This document shows positions 1-9,462 of a stretch of 41,960 nucleotides of DNA, one piece after another. The position numbers and the translations under genes were made by a program. Location of the stretch: IMG/VR virus record IMGVR_UViG_3300037235_000027, positions 1-41,960 of that record; one strand, given 5' to 3'. This stretch comes from a virus (taxonomy: Duplodnaviria; Caudoviricetes). The notes under the pieces are model-generated. The model did not search any database and was not told where the DNA came from. It worked only from the letters and a program-made list of their open reading frames with translations. Each line of letters starts with the position of its first letter. Position 1 is the first letter of the stretch.

Positions 1-31
1 AATAAGATCCCGGCTGCATAGATGGTCTCCA

Positions 32-208
32 TCAGACAGGATTTCTTTTACTCAATCCACCAGTACGAAGTTCTTCTCGCCCTTCATTATTATCTTGTTC
101 ACTCTCAGTTTCGTCATCATCCTTCTTAGGAGGAATTTCACAATCCTTCCCTAAAATTGCATCCAGCCTTGCATCCAGCTTCTTAAGATGTTCAGGAGAG
201 CATGGCAT
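32..208 (-). CDS. small acidic hypothetical protein (58 aa)
   Basis: Manual translation MPCSPEHLKKLDARLDAIL...NPV; ATG abuts the stop of 209..391, and its TGA overlaps the next ATG (METIYAAGIL..., which runs off the window). Confidence 0.6.
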   Translation of the reverse strand: MPCSPEHLKKLDARLDAILGKDCEIPPKKDDDETESEQDNNEGREELRTGGLSKRNPV

Positions 209-391
209 TTAGAACCTCATGTATCCTGAGAGGAGTAAAATAACCAGAACAATAAGAAGGATACCAACAATGCCAATACCTGTGTGCCCGTATCCGTAAC
301 CATACTGCCAGCGTCCAATATATGGACCGCCAATTCCTCCAAATAGAACGATAATAAGAATGACAATGAGTATTATGCCAAGTGGACTCAT
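209..391 (-). CDS. DUF3309-like small membrane protein
   Basis: Two hydrophobic helices around a G/Y-rich loop (LGIILIVILIIVLFGG...YGYG...GIVGILLIVLVILLL); ATGA overlap with portal stop. Confidence 0.75.
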   Translation of the reverse strand: MSPLGIILIVILIIVLFGGIGGPYIGRWQYGYGYGHTGIGIVGILLIVLVILLLSGYMRF

Positions 392-1959
392 TGGGCTTCA
401 GTCGTTTGTTGTGGAGGAAGGCGTCTTGCACGCAACTTTTCAACTTCAGTAAGATAATCAATAACAGCATCTTCTAATGAATCAATCTTTGTTCCACCAC
501 TTTTGCCTAGCGGACCCATCTTAAATGATGGTTTTTTAGCCCCTGGTGCGCCACCAGCTCCTTCTTCAATTGGAGGCTTAAATTTAGCCAATTTTTCATA
601 ATCAAGTATAAGCGGAGATGGAAAAAGTACCTTCAAATCGTTGAAATTGTCTGCTGCCCACTCATAAATATCAGCTTTATTGTCGTCATCAGAGACCGGA
701 AGCAGAATTTCAAGCATAGAAAGTATGGCGCGCAATTTAACATTGGCAACTTTAATCTTTTCTGAGTCAGGTTCAGTCAAAAGTGATGGCCAAATCGCAA
801 TGAAGTGATTTGACCATTCGGTAAATGCCTGATTGTAGCTCTTTTTTCCCCATTCTTCAGGGAAATCATTTTGAACTGTCTCGTAAAATTCGATATTCCA
901 AGCTCTATGTTGCACTATTCTAGTGAAAAAATTGTATAAACCCTGCATAGACTCACGTAATTTGTCAATATAACGTGCTATAGCTTTGGCATCTTCCTCA
1001 CCTTCAGCAAAGGCAACAGCTAATGTTTCAGAGTTTACTAATTTTGCTGGCATTCCCGCTGCTGCTGCTATATTTTCAAGTATGTTTTTTCGTGCTGTGC
1101 GTGATGAGTTGTCTATATTCTGTAAGTTTAATGATTCTACCTCTTCATCAATGCCGATATTCATTACGGAACCAGTCATCGCCTCCTTAAGCATACCACG
1201 CTTAATGCCAGCGATGCGCTGCATAACGTCATTTATGATAGAACCAGGCGCTTTTAGCTTTGCTATAATTACGCCAGCTTTTTTCGTTACCAAATCATCA
1301 GTAATCATCGATTGTAAGAATGATTTAAGTGGAAAAAGCGCGCGCTGATATACAGAGCGGCCAACATAACCCCAAGCTGAAGTAGTATAATCAAGATAAA
1401 TTGGATCTTCATTCTGATAAATACTGGTTCTGTTAAAATGATAAGATTGACCTTGTACAGAAATAGTTAAAGGCTTCAAAAATGTTGGAGAATTTGGATT
1501 TTGATTTAAAACTAAACTTCCTGCTGTATTTAATGGATCAAAAACGTTAAAAGTAATTGGTTTATTGGCTAAACTTGCAAAATCTAATGGTTTTGTAGGA
1601 TCTTCATTGGGAATCATCAACGCTACAGAAGCAATTCCATAAATTCTTGCTAATCTTACTACATTTGCAATAATTCTATCAGCATCTATTTTTTGCCATT
1701 CATCTGTAAATGCTTTTCTAACACGATCTTCAGGACTTCCTGGTATATTTATCTTTCTTCCTTGCGATTGTGCCAATTGTACTGGCACATCTACTAATTT
1801 TGCACCATAAGGATGATAAGAATAGATGAGTTTACAGAGTTCATAGCTCGCTGAAGAGCCTAACTCTATATTATCAGCCATCAAAATTTGCATCAAAGGG
1901 GTGCCTAGCGGCGAACCGCCAAACAATCCCCCTTGACTTTCTACGACTGCTTCAGCCAT
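388..1959 (-). CDS. phage portal protein (DUF1073 type)
   Basis: 523 aa downstream of TerL; motifs RLARIYG, GYVGRSVYQR, ENIAAAAGMP are typical of DUF1073 portals. Confidence 0.85.
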   Translation of the reverse strand: MAEAVVESQGGLFGGSPLGTPLMQILMADNIELGSSASYELCKLIYSYHPYGAKLVDVPVQLAQSQGRKINIPGSPEDRVRKAFTDEWQKIDADRIIANVVRLARIYGIASVALMIPNEDPTKPLDFASLANKPITFNVFDPLNTAGSLVLNQNPNSPTFLKPLTISVQGQSYHFNRTSIYQNEDPIYLDYTTSAWGYVGRSVYQRALFPLKSFLQSMITDDLVTKKAGVIIAKLKAPGSIINDVMQRIAGIKRGMLKEAMTGSVMNIGIDEEVESLNLQNIDNSSRTARKNILENIAAAAGMPAKLVNSETLAVAFAEGEEDAKAIARYIDKLRESMQGLYNFFTRIVQHRAWNIEFYETVQNDFPEEWGKKSYNQAFTEWSNHFIAIWPSLLTEPDSEKIKVANVKLRAILSMLEILLPVSDDDNKADIYEWAADNFNDLKVLFPSPLILDYEKLAKFKPPIEEGAGGAPGAKKPSFKMGPLGKSGGTKIDSLEDAVIDYLTEVEKLRARRLPPQQTTEAQ

Positions 1960-1974
1960 TTTCTTTTTGTTCTG

Positions 1975-2051
1975 AAAAAAGATGCGCGGAGGAAGCTGTC
2001 AGTCTCCCTTGCCAGTTCACAGAGTGTTAATTCACCCCGCCGCGCACCATC
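1975..2051 (-). terminator. terminator-like stem with large loop upstream of portal
   Basis: Minus strand GGTGCGCGG...CCGCGCATC followed by TTTTTT. Confidence 0.4.
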
Positions 2052-2057
2052 CCAGTA

Positions 2058-2774
2058 CTACCTGCGTCGCGTAGGATCAACTTCTGGTTGACCACCCGGA
2101 CCCGGACGTTGCGGTGGCCTTCCACCAATTCCACCAGCCGGCGGCTCTGGAATAGTGATCACGACGTAACGATAACCCACACCGGAAATAGCCACAAGTG
2201 CAATGGCTTTGCCAGCAGGGATTTCTGGAGGAAGCGGCGGCCAAATCGTGCCCGGAGGCGGATCAACCGGAGGCGGTTCCTCCCCATCAACCGGAGGCAA
2301 ACTGTTGTCAGGTCTGCCAGGAATTGACGGGAAAATCGGCAGACCATGGCCAGGACGTTCCGGTCTACCACCTACACCCCAACCAGGATCAATCGGAAGT
2401 CCAGCGCCGCCCGGAGGTCGTGGCCACGTATGCGGAGGCCGGGGAGGACGATTGCCAGGACGTTCCGGCCAGAAGTGACCACCACCAGGAAGACCTTGAT
2501 CAGGGTATTCACCTTCATCAACACCGTAATCAGGATCAGTCGGACGACCACCAAAACTTGGAAGACGACCGGGGCGTTCGCCTACGCCACCCCAACCCGG
2601 AAGATGACCAGGCCGCTCGGGGCGACCAGGACGTCCAGGAAGACCTTGACCGGGACGACCAGGCTCATCAATTTCAGGAAGTTCACCTTCATCAATCCCG
2701 TAATCAGGATCAACAGGGCGACCCCAACGGTCACGAGCGGGATGAACCCGCAACCAACCAGAAACTCTAGGCAT
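2058..2774 (-). CDS. Pro/Gly-rich repetitive protein
   Basis: RBS AAGGAGAA; internal repeats P[VT]DPDYG[IV]DEGE and ERPG[HR]xLP; GC-rich. Confidence 0.75.
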   Translation of the reverse strand: MPRVSGWLRVHPARDRWGRPVDPDYGIDEGELPEIDEPGRPGQGLPGRPGRPERPGHLPGWGGVGERPGRLPSFGGRPTDPDYGVDEGEYPDQGLPGGGHFWPERPGNRPPRPPHTWPRPPGGAGLPIDPGWGVGGRPERPGHGLPIFPSIPGRPDNSLPPVDGEEPPPVDPPPGTIWPPLPPEIPAGKAIALVAISGVGYRYVVITIPEPPAGGIGGRPPQRPGPGGQPEVDPTRRR

Positions 2775-2939
2775 TTCCTATTCTCCTTTGGTTTGCCCTT
2801 TTGGGCTGTTTAGTCTGGCTCTTCAAACGCTATGCGTCCCAGACAAAAGTGCAGGGCGGTATCTGATCGACGGGAGGCCGAGACTCACTCGATTGCCACG
2901 AGTTGGGAGGTGCTATGGCAATCTCTACCCTGCTGAAGC

Positions 2940-3869
2940 TCATTTATTACAACACGGAACACAAGTTTCTGGACCTTCTGGATATGGTGGCTCAGGCTCT
3001 GGTTCTGGAACTATATTACGCCCAGCAAACCAATCCTTATAAACCTGTTGCATGGCAACATCACGCGATAAACAATCAGTTGATTGTGCTTGACAACTCC
3101 AAGCATAAGCATATTCCATCATTGGAGTTGGAAGACGCTTATGCCACGTATCAAGTATTTTCTGTGTTTGAGCCACTGTAGGCATCAAAAATACACCACC
3201 AGTTGCTTCGGTGCGCCACCCAGAAAATGCTTGATATGTCGGAGCTAAATTGGCGGTAGGAATATGCTTTTCGGCAGCATCAACATATCTATCAACCATA
3301 GTCCAGTCGCATCCATCTTCTGTGCCAGGCTTGCCCACGAAATCAGAGCGACACATATATGAACCAACACCAAAAACATCAATTCCAGTATTACCAGGAT
3401 AATAATCATCATAGTTAGGGTTCTTTTGCCCATCTGAATTACCCATCTTGATGTAGGTTTTAGCAGTGGGCATAATTGATTTAATGTATCTAGTTTCAGC
3501 TAATAGATTGGCTGGAGGACACGGCGGTTTACCTCCATATCCATGCACGTAAGGCTCATCCATTAAATAAAAGCCCCATAATTTTTGATTATCTCTAAAT
3601 TGATCAACAAAAGCACGAAATGAACTAGTATCACCACCACAACCAATCGAACTTGATACATACACTAATCCCAATACTTTTTCTGGCAAACGATTAAGAA
3701 TACTCAGACTACTAACATCTGCCAAATTAAAACCTATTGATCCTGGTACATATTCGCCATTAACTACATTTCCACCTGAAGTAAAGTGCAAAGTTTGTGG
3801 CGTTTGTGCTAATGCTAATGTTGAAAACAATGCCAATAAAGTAATGATCAGCTTTCTCATTTTCATCAC
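2940..3869 (-). CDS. secreted glycoside hydrolase-like protein
   Basis: N-terminal signal peptide (MRKLIITLLALFSTLALA); GFYLMDEP resembles a TIM-barrel glycosidase acid/base motif; PE-repeat tail. Confidence 0.6.
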   Translation of the reverse strand: MMKMRKLIITLLALFSTLALAQTPQTLHFTSGGNVVNGEYVPGSIGFNLADVSSLSILNRLPEKVLGLVYVSSSIGCGGDTSSFRAFVDQFRDNQKLWGFYLMDEPYVHGYGGKPPCPPANLLAETRYIKSIMPTAKTYIKMGNSDGQKNPNYDDYYPGNTGIDVFGVGSYMCRSDFVGKPGTEDGCDWTMVDRYVDAAEKHIPTANLAPTYQAFSGWRTEATGGVFLMPTVAQTQKILDTWHKRLPTPMMEYAYAWSCQAQSTDCLSRDVAMQQVYKDWFAGRNIVPEPEPEPPYPEGPETCVPCCNK

Positions 3870-4034
3870 CTAAAATTGTCGAATTGGTCTACGTGAAGGT
3901 TGTTCTGGTTCTGGTTGTTTTGGTGGTTCTGATTGTTTTCTCGCTTGCTCAGCTTGATAATGAGTAGAATAAGCAATAGCTTTTCTGAGCGCAGGTTGTT
4001 GCGCCACAAATCGCTTCCTCTGCTCAAAGTTCAT
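3870..4034 (-). CDS. hypothetical protein (54 aa)
   Basis: Manual ORF MNFEQRKRFVAQQP...RQF fills the gap; ATGA overlap with the upstream gene. Confidence 0.55.
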   Translation of the reverse strand: MNFEQRKRFVAQQPALRKAIAYSTHYQAEQARKQSEPPKQPEPEQPSRRPIRQF

Positions 4035-4249
4035 AGTTTCAAATCCTTCTTAAGTTGTTGCCAAAATTCTTCACGTTCACCTTCAGCTCTTATCTTCTTA
4101 ATTTCAATATCTCTAATTATTATGTCAAAATAACCATCTGGTGCAATAGATGCAAGATCATCAATTAACCATAACGCACGATCATAATCATGATAGCCTA
4201 AAGCTATTATATGCTCTTCCCAAGTTCTTTTAAGACGGTCTATCACCAC
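4031..4249 (-). CDS. hypothetical protein
   Basis: Coupled to TerL stop and to the next gene. Confidence 0.6.
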   Translation of the reverse strand: MVIDRLKRTWEEHIIALGYHDYDRALWLIDDLASIAPDGYFDIIIRDIEIKKIRAEGEREEFWQQLKKDLKL

Positions 4250-5754
4250 AAATCCGGATCACCTAATGCGCTACAAACGCCATAACAAAACGCATCAACT
4301 AAATCGTCTTCTTGGTCCGGTACGCCAACATTAAAAGTATGGACCTGCTTTATTAAATGATTTGCGTGACGTTGTTTAAAGTCAACAGTCTTACGGTAAG
4401 CAAGTTCTGAATATTTTACTTTGCCAACGGAAACGTATCCACTAGCGTTAAGAGCACGCGGTTGTTTGCCAAGTTGTACCAACTTAGCGTCAATACCAGT
4501 TGCCAAAAGGTTGCGTCGATTACATTGTTGCAAAAGGACAATGCCAGAGCCCTTTTCTTCAATTAATGTACCGATTGACCCTCGCCTCGGATGACATTCT
4601 CTAGCAAATTCTTCAAGTTTCTTATAAACGTTTGGAATCCAATCTATCAATAAATCAGAAGGAACCTGCAATATATCATAATCTAAAATTGTTAATGGAC
4701 GATCTTGAATGTATTGATTCAATGCCCAATATATAACGGCTGTTGCATCATGTTTTGCATCAGCTTTAATGCCAGTATCAATAGTGGCAAAGACGCAATC
4801 ACACCACTCAGGAAAGTTGACAGGAGATCCGTCAACAAGTAAGTCTTTTTCCAGAAAAAACGTACCACCAGGCGGCTGCGGATTTTGCTGATAAAGCGAT
4901 TCAAAATCTCGAATCCCAACGATTGTGCGTTTTCGTTCAAGAGCAGCAGCATCTTCCCAAGATGGCCAGAGAGCCTCACCTACGCCTCTGCCAAGAGGAT
5001 CATCTGCCACTGCAAAAGCCGGAAGGCATATAATGGTCCACTGATCGCCACCTTTCTCCATTTCATGGAGAAGCATCCCACCTAAATCTTCTAAATGCCA
5101 TCTAGTTTGAATTAAAATAATTCTTGCGTCTGGTTTAAGGCGCGTGACAAGATCAGATTTGTACCATTCATATGTTTTAGCGCGAACTGTCTCTGATTCA
5201 GCATCTTCTCTTGACTTAACTGGATCATCAATAATTGCCAAGTCCGCTCGCCTGCCAGTAATTGCGCCTCCCACACCTGCCGCGAAATATTCTCCACCGT
5301 TAGTTGTTTCCCAGCGAGAAGCGGCTCTATTAGATTCATCTAATGAATACCCTAGAGTTGAAGCCTTCAATAATATCTTGTTGCGCACCCTGCGGCCAAA
5401 GCGTTCCGCAAGTTCACCTGTATGTGAGCAACCTATCACGCTTGAGCGTGGAAATTGTTTAAACCAAAATGGAGGAAGTAGTTCGCTGGTATAAGTAGAC
5501 TTTGCGCTCCCAGGAGGAGCAAATATCATCAAACGATCTGTTTCACCAGATACTACTTTTTCTAGGGCTTTGATAATAAGTCTATGGTGTGCTGCTGGTT
5601 TGAAACCAAAATCACCAACACACTCTGAACACCACGCCAATAAATTAGTTTGACATTTACGGCGCCAAGCAGCAGACCTAAGTTTAAAAATCTGAGCGCG
5701 GCGAATACGATCGAACTGGGACGGAGGCTGCGGCGGCTCAAATCCCATACTCAT
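4243..5754 (-). CDS. terL: terminase large subunit
   Basis: Walker A APPGSAKS, GRRADLAIIDDP Walker B, QTRWH coupling motif, LYQQNP, nuclease IDTG...DDLVDA. Confidence 0.95.
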   Translation of the reverse strand: MSMGFEPPQPPSQFDRIRRAQIFKLRSAAWRRKCQTNLLAWCSECVGDFGFKPAAHHRLIIKALEKVVSGETDRLMIFAPPGSAKSTYTSELLPPFWFKQFPRSSVIGCSHTGELAERFGRRVRNKILLKASTLGYSLDESNRAASRWETTNGGEYFAAGVGGAITGRRADLAIIDDPVKSREDAESETVRAKTYEWYKSDLVTRLKPDARIILIQTRWHLEDLGGMLLHEMEKGGDQWTIICLPAFAVADDPLGRGVGEALWPSWEDAAALERKRTIVGIRDFESLYQQNPQPPGGTFFLEKDLLVDGSPVNFPEWCDCVFATIDTGIKADAKHDATAVIYWALNQYIQDRPLTILDYDILQVPSDLLIDWIPNVYKKLEEFARECHPRRGSIGTLIEEKGSGIVLLQQCNRRNLLATGIDAKLVQLGKQPRALNASGYVSVGKVKYSELAYRKTVDFKQRHANHLIKQVHTFNVGVPDQEDDLVDAFCYGVCSALGDPDLW

Positions 5755-6042
5755 TTAAACGCCAAACGTCCTTTGAATTCTTTTCGGTTGGCTTATTTCA
5801 CGAACTATTTTTCTAACACAGAAATGATATTTTGGTACTCCACCTCTAACAATTTCACGTATTGTAAATGGAGAAATGTTATATTTCACAGATAACTCTT
5901 CATAAGATTTGAAACGTGCTTGTTCTTTTATTTCTTGTAAATCACTAATAAATATTCTGCTATCCGATTTTGGCTTTTTCCATTTTCCACGCAATCCAAC
6001 CTCCGTGGCTTTTTCGCCTTTTGATTTATTCCGTAGTACCAT
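5755..6042 (-). CDS. basic HTH-like protein
   Basis: SYEELSVKYNISPFTIREIVRG HTH pattern; abuts TerL start. Confidence 0.55.
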   Translation of the reverse strand: MVLRNKSKGEKATEVGLRGKWKKPKSDSRIFISDLQEIKEQARFKSYEELSVKYNISPFTIREIVRGGVPKYHFCVRKIVREISQPKRIQRTFGV

Positions 6043-6284
6043 ATTTAAAATATAACGGGGCCTGGACCCCTCTGGGCTGGGGGCTCTGTTAAAAGAAGGG
6101 TCCAGGTATTATTAATCTCAGCACGAGGGGATCAGGCTGAGATAGCGGCCATTGTGTTCCCGCCAGCTCGGTTGCAGGAAAGTGACACTGGCGAGCCTTC
6201 AAGGCTCGCACAAGATTATGTTTGAATTAAGGCATATGCAAGAATCGTGCCGAGTAAACTTTTATTACACATTAATGATATGTA

Positions 6285-6313
6285 TTTACTTTCATCTCTA
6301 TCTATGCTATAGT
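6285..6313 (+). promoter_or_regulatory. sigma70-type promoter
   Basis: TTTACT-17 nt-TATAGT with TGn extension, upstream of the NusG-like gene. Confidence 0.65.
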
Positions 6314-6346
6314 GTACGAAAGGGAAACAGAGGGCTGGAGCATCAA

Positions 6347-6874
6347 GTGCAAGATCTGTTTGATCAACAATCAGTAAATGATTTCCAATGGATAGTAGCA
6401 GTCTTCGCCAATACTGGTGCAGTAGATGTCATTAGAAAAGCTAACGAAGTTCCTCTCAAAACATTTTATCCCATACGTTTTAATGGACGTGGAGAACCAA
6501 TACCTATGTGGCGCCACTACTTATTCATCGAATTTCGCCAATTTATAACAGCTGAGATTTGTCGTAGTACAAAGAAGTTCATTAAAGTTATTACAATGCG
6601 TGATAATTTCGGTATAGAATATCCAGTGATGGTACGCAAAAATGCCATTGATGAACATATGGGATTATTATTAAGTGGCAAATTTAATGACAAATTACGT
6701 ATGAGGAGATTTTACGGTAAGGGTTCATTTGTTAGAGTAATCGAAGGAACATTTATTGATAAACGTGTAAAATTGGATATGGACATTACACCAGATATGC
6801 CAGGTAATAAGAAAGTGTTGATCGACATTAATGGGTTCAAAGGGCAGATCGAACTATGGAAGTTAAGCCTATGA
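6347..6874 (+). CDS. NusG-family transcription antitermination factor paralog
   Basis: NGN-like WIVAV...TFYP...PMWRHYLFIEF and KOW-like GSFVRVIEGTF...VLIDING; start reassigned to GTG 6347 behind GGAG. Confidence 0.8.
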   Translation: MQDLFDQQSVNDFQWIVAVFANTGAVDVIRKANEVPLKTFYPIRFNGRGEPIPMWRHYLFIEFRQFITAEICRSTKKFIKVITMRDNFGIEYPVMVRKNAIDEHMGLLLSGKFNDKLRMRRFYGKGSFVRVIEGTFIDKRVKLDMDITPDMPGNKKVLIDINGFKGQIELWKLSL

Positions 6875-7038
6875 ACGACAATAATGAAGACGAGGACAAG
6901 TATTACAATGATTTTGATGAAGGATATTCTCCTCCATACAGACATCCTTGGAGAGAAATAATTACATTCATTTTATTTATGTCAATTTTCTTTGCAGGTC
7001 TATGGTGGTTAATTTGGAAGATATATGAATGGCTTTAA
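6871..7038 (+). CDS. small membrane protein
   Basis: ATGA overlap with NusG-like stop; C-terminal TM helix. Confidence 0.6.
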   Translation: MNDNNEDEDKYYNDFDEGYSPPYRHPWREIITFILFMSIFFAGLWWLIWKIYEWL

Positions 7039-7070
7039 GAAGTAACGTCAATGGCTGGAGAGCATAGAAA

Positions 7071-7265
7071 ATGGACGCTGCTATCGTTGAAAATTTGGTA
7101 CAAGAAACCGTGTTTACAATATCTCCTCTCAAACTAAAGTTGGCAACAGATGAAGCACTAAGGGTAATGATTAATAGCGGTGTATTCTATCCACGAGAAA
7201 TAGCTGAAAATATCGCCTACGCTGTACTCAAAATTGTCTATCAGAATGGAGGTTTCATTGACTAA
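7071..7265 (+). CDS. hypothetical protein
   Basis: GGAG RBS; operon packing. Confidence 0.6.
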   Translation: MDAAIVENLVQETVFTISPLKLKLATDEALRVMINSGVFYPREIAENIAYAVLKIVYQNGGFID

Positions 7266-7521
7266 AGAGGAAGATTTCCCTCGTATGAGTGAACCTTATG
7301 TCATAGCGTGCCTGCGCATCTATGGCGCAGCACCAACAGAATCTTTAATGGGATGGTGTGGTAGATGCGGACACGATATTTGGATTGCCAAAAGCACTCC
7401 TCAAATTAAAAATGCTCAGTATATATGTCTCAACTGCGTTAACTGGAGTGAAGTTGACGATATTGAGGCGCCAACTCCAGAACAGATTGAAGACGTGCTA
7501 AGACATAGGAAGAGACAATGA
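7234..7521 (+). CDS. CxxC zinc-binding hypothetical protein
   Basis: CGRC...CLNC; start uncertain. Confidence 0.6.
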   Translation: MSIRMEVSLTKEEDFPRMSEPYVIACLRIYGAAPTESLMGWCGRCGHDIWIAKSTPQIKNAQYICLNCVNWSEVDDIEAPTPEQIEDVLRHRKRQ

Positions 7522-8015
7522 AACTTGAAAATATTACTAGTGAAGGTGATTTGCGCAATTGGCTCACAGATCAAGTCTTCGAGTGCGAAGGCCGACTAGG
7601 GTTGGAATGGATAGAACCTGCCAAATTTGGTTCCACTATTGGCGCGCCAGATTGTAAAATCAAATTTGGTATTAGCTCAATAGGTCTTGAGCTAAAATAT
7701 CTAATCAGTACGAAGAAAGGAATAAAATGGGCAATAAGACCTGCCCAACGACGCTATCATCACATGCTTGCTTTTCATAATGGTCGTAGTGCGCTATTGG
7801 CTTTCATTGCCGCCAAAGAAGAATTGTATTTAGTACGAGGTGACCATATTCCATTGCGAGACTATGCTTCTGATCCTCAATCTGGCTGCGCCAATAGATT
7901 AGTTAAGATGACACACTTAGATTATTTCAGTGTAGATCGTGATAGACAAGCTATGTTCCAACTAGAACAAAACTTGTTTGGTGACTTAGATTTTTGGGAG
8001 AAGAAACATGACTAA
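7518..8015 (+). CDS. PD-(D/E)xK nuclease (VRR-NUC/resolvase-like)
   Basis: E..L...GAPD...LELK...RPAQ motif order. Confidence 0.75.
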   Translation: MKLENITSEGDLRNWLTDQVFECEGRLGLEWIEPAKFGSTIGAPDCKIKFGISSIGLELKYLISTKKGIKWAIRPAQRRYHHMLAFHNGRSALLAFIAAKEELYLVRGDHIPLRDYASDPQSGCANRLVKMTHLDYFSVDRDRQAMFQLEQNLFGDLDFWEKKHD

Positions 8016-8307
8016 GGTTAAAATGGTACCACCACAATATAAAAAGGGTGGATCACGTTCTAAACCAGAGCCGTTCGATCTAGTGGACGCTCATAAATAT
8101 CAATATGATAATGGGCCAAATGACAGGATATTTCATCATTTTGTTGGTCAAACAGTACAAAAGATCAAAGGATATAAATATCCAGGTATCATCCTAGTTG
8201 CATTCAAAACATTAGATGGAAAGGCACGCTATGTCGTTGAAGCTGATCATCCTGATTTTCGTGGCATGCTTCATATATTCTCTGATAACGACATTGAGGA
8301 ACGATGA
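8008..8307 (+). CDS. DfrB/R67 DHFR-like SH3-fold protein
   Basis: GQTVQKIKG...GII...YVVEADH...GMLHIF aligns by eye with R67 GDRVRKKSG...GQI...YAVESEAHPGSVQIY. Confidence 0.6.
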   Translation: MTKVKMVPPQYKKGGSRSKPEPFDLVDAHKYQYDNGPNDRIFHHFVGQTVQKIKGYKYPGIILVAFKTLDGKARYVVEADHPDFRGMLHIFSDNDIEER

Positions 8308-8645
8308 TGAAATGTGAAAACTGCCATGGACATGGCCATGCATGGTCTTTATTAACTCAAGAATATCTCCTTTGCATGGAGTGTCATGGTAGTGGTATAA
8401 CATCATGCTGCGAAGGAAATCCGAATATGACTGATCCATTAAAGCCGCGCCAAATGTATGAATGTGACGTAGAACTTTACACGTGTCCATACTGCAAAGA
8501 AGATGTGGTTGTATATGTAGAACTTGATGGCACAGGTATCATTTCGCACGAGAGCTATGATTTAATAGCAAATTGGATCTATCATTCCAAATGCTGGGAT
8601 GAACAGATGCGCAGATTTCCACCAGGAGGAACTCATGTCGAATGA
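8304..8645 (+). CDS. Cys-rich hypothetical protein
   Basis: CxxCxGxG twice plus CPYC; may be two overlapping small genes. Confidence 0.55.
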   Translation: MMKCENCHGHGHAWSLLTQEYLLCMECHGSGITSCCEGNPNMTDPLKPRQMYECDVELYTCPYCKEDVVVYVELDGTGIISHESYDLIANWIYHSKCWDEQMRRFPPGGTHVE

Positions 8646-8958
8646 TCCAATGAAAGAAATCAGAGAATATAATGAACGGCGTGATGCTTTGTTCCGTAAC
8701 CCAACTACCGAAGGTGCTGTGGCAATCCTAAAGGAAATGGGTGTTACTCAATTTGACAGAGAAGATGTGCCATTGGCCACAGTCCACAAAGGAAGATTGC
8801 AATGGCTTGGCGCCACTAACGAAATGATAACAGAGAGCATAGCATGGCTAAAAGAACATGGTTATCAAACTACTTTTAAAGGAGCGCCACCACTCACACC
8901 TGAGCAACGTGACGCAGATCGCGTGACAATAGGAAAGAAACCACTGGGAGAAGAATGA
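8635..8958 (+). CDS. hypothetical protein
   Basis: AGGAGG RBS before ATG 8635. Confidence 0.65.
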   Translation: MSNDPMKEIREYNERRDALFRNPTTEGAVAILKEMGVTQFDREDVPLATVHKGRLQWLGATNEMITESIAWLKEHGYQTTFKGAPPLTPEQRDADRVTIGKKPLGEE

Positions 8959-9087
8959 TGCTTAAAAATCAATTTATGTGCTACATCATCGAGCAATGGT
9001 TCAAAATAGAAGGAAAATATTCTTGGGAAATCATCGAAGCATCAGATGGTTTACTTATATGGACTTTTAAATTAAGAAGGGAGAAGA

Positions 9088-9462
9088 ATGATGGGAGAAG
9101 CCAAACGACGAGGAATAATAGTTAATACTACCAGAACTCGTGAAGTTAGTGACTGTCTAAATTGCGGAGTAGAAATTGACGCAGCCACCAGTGTTGGCCA
9201 TAAACACTTGCCAAAAGAAGGTGCCATTGCCATCTGTATAGTATGCAGTCATATTATGGCTTATGATAAAAATCTCCATTTGCGAGAACTTACAGACGAT
9301 GAAATGCTAAAGATAGCTGGTAGTCCAGAAATCATCTTCCTCATCAATGGTCTAGGTGGCACAAAAGCAGCATGGGAGAATATACATGGCAAAGGAACGT
9401 GGGGTCAAAAAGCCAGGGAGAGGCTCGCGGAAATTCGAGCATCCAGGGCTCAGATTCAATAA
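9088..9462 (+). CDS. CxxC hypothetical protein
   Basis: GGGAG RBS; MGEAKRR start; CLNC, CIVC. Confidence 0.7.
   Translation: MMGEAKRRGIIVNTTRTREVSDCLNCGVEIDAATSVGHKHLPKEGAIAICIVCSHIMAYDKNLHLRELTDDEMLKIAGSPEIIFLINGLGGTKAAWENIHGKGTWGQKARERLAEIRASRAQIQ

Noticed and set aside
388-1959. Anti-CBASS Acb1 label often attached to DUF1073 proteins
   Set aside because: Size and position next to terL indicate a portal; no separate HxT phosphoesterase domain recognised
2088-2813. Multiple overlapping ORFs on both strands
   Set aside because: Shadow frames of a GC-rich repetitive gene; only 2058..2774 has a clear RBS
6152-6346. N-terminal extension of the NusG-like ORF
   Set aside because: Overlaps the promoter and leader hairpins; the RBS supports GTG 6347
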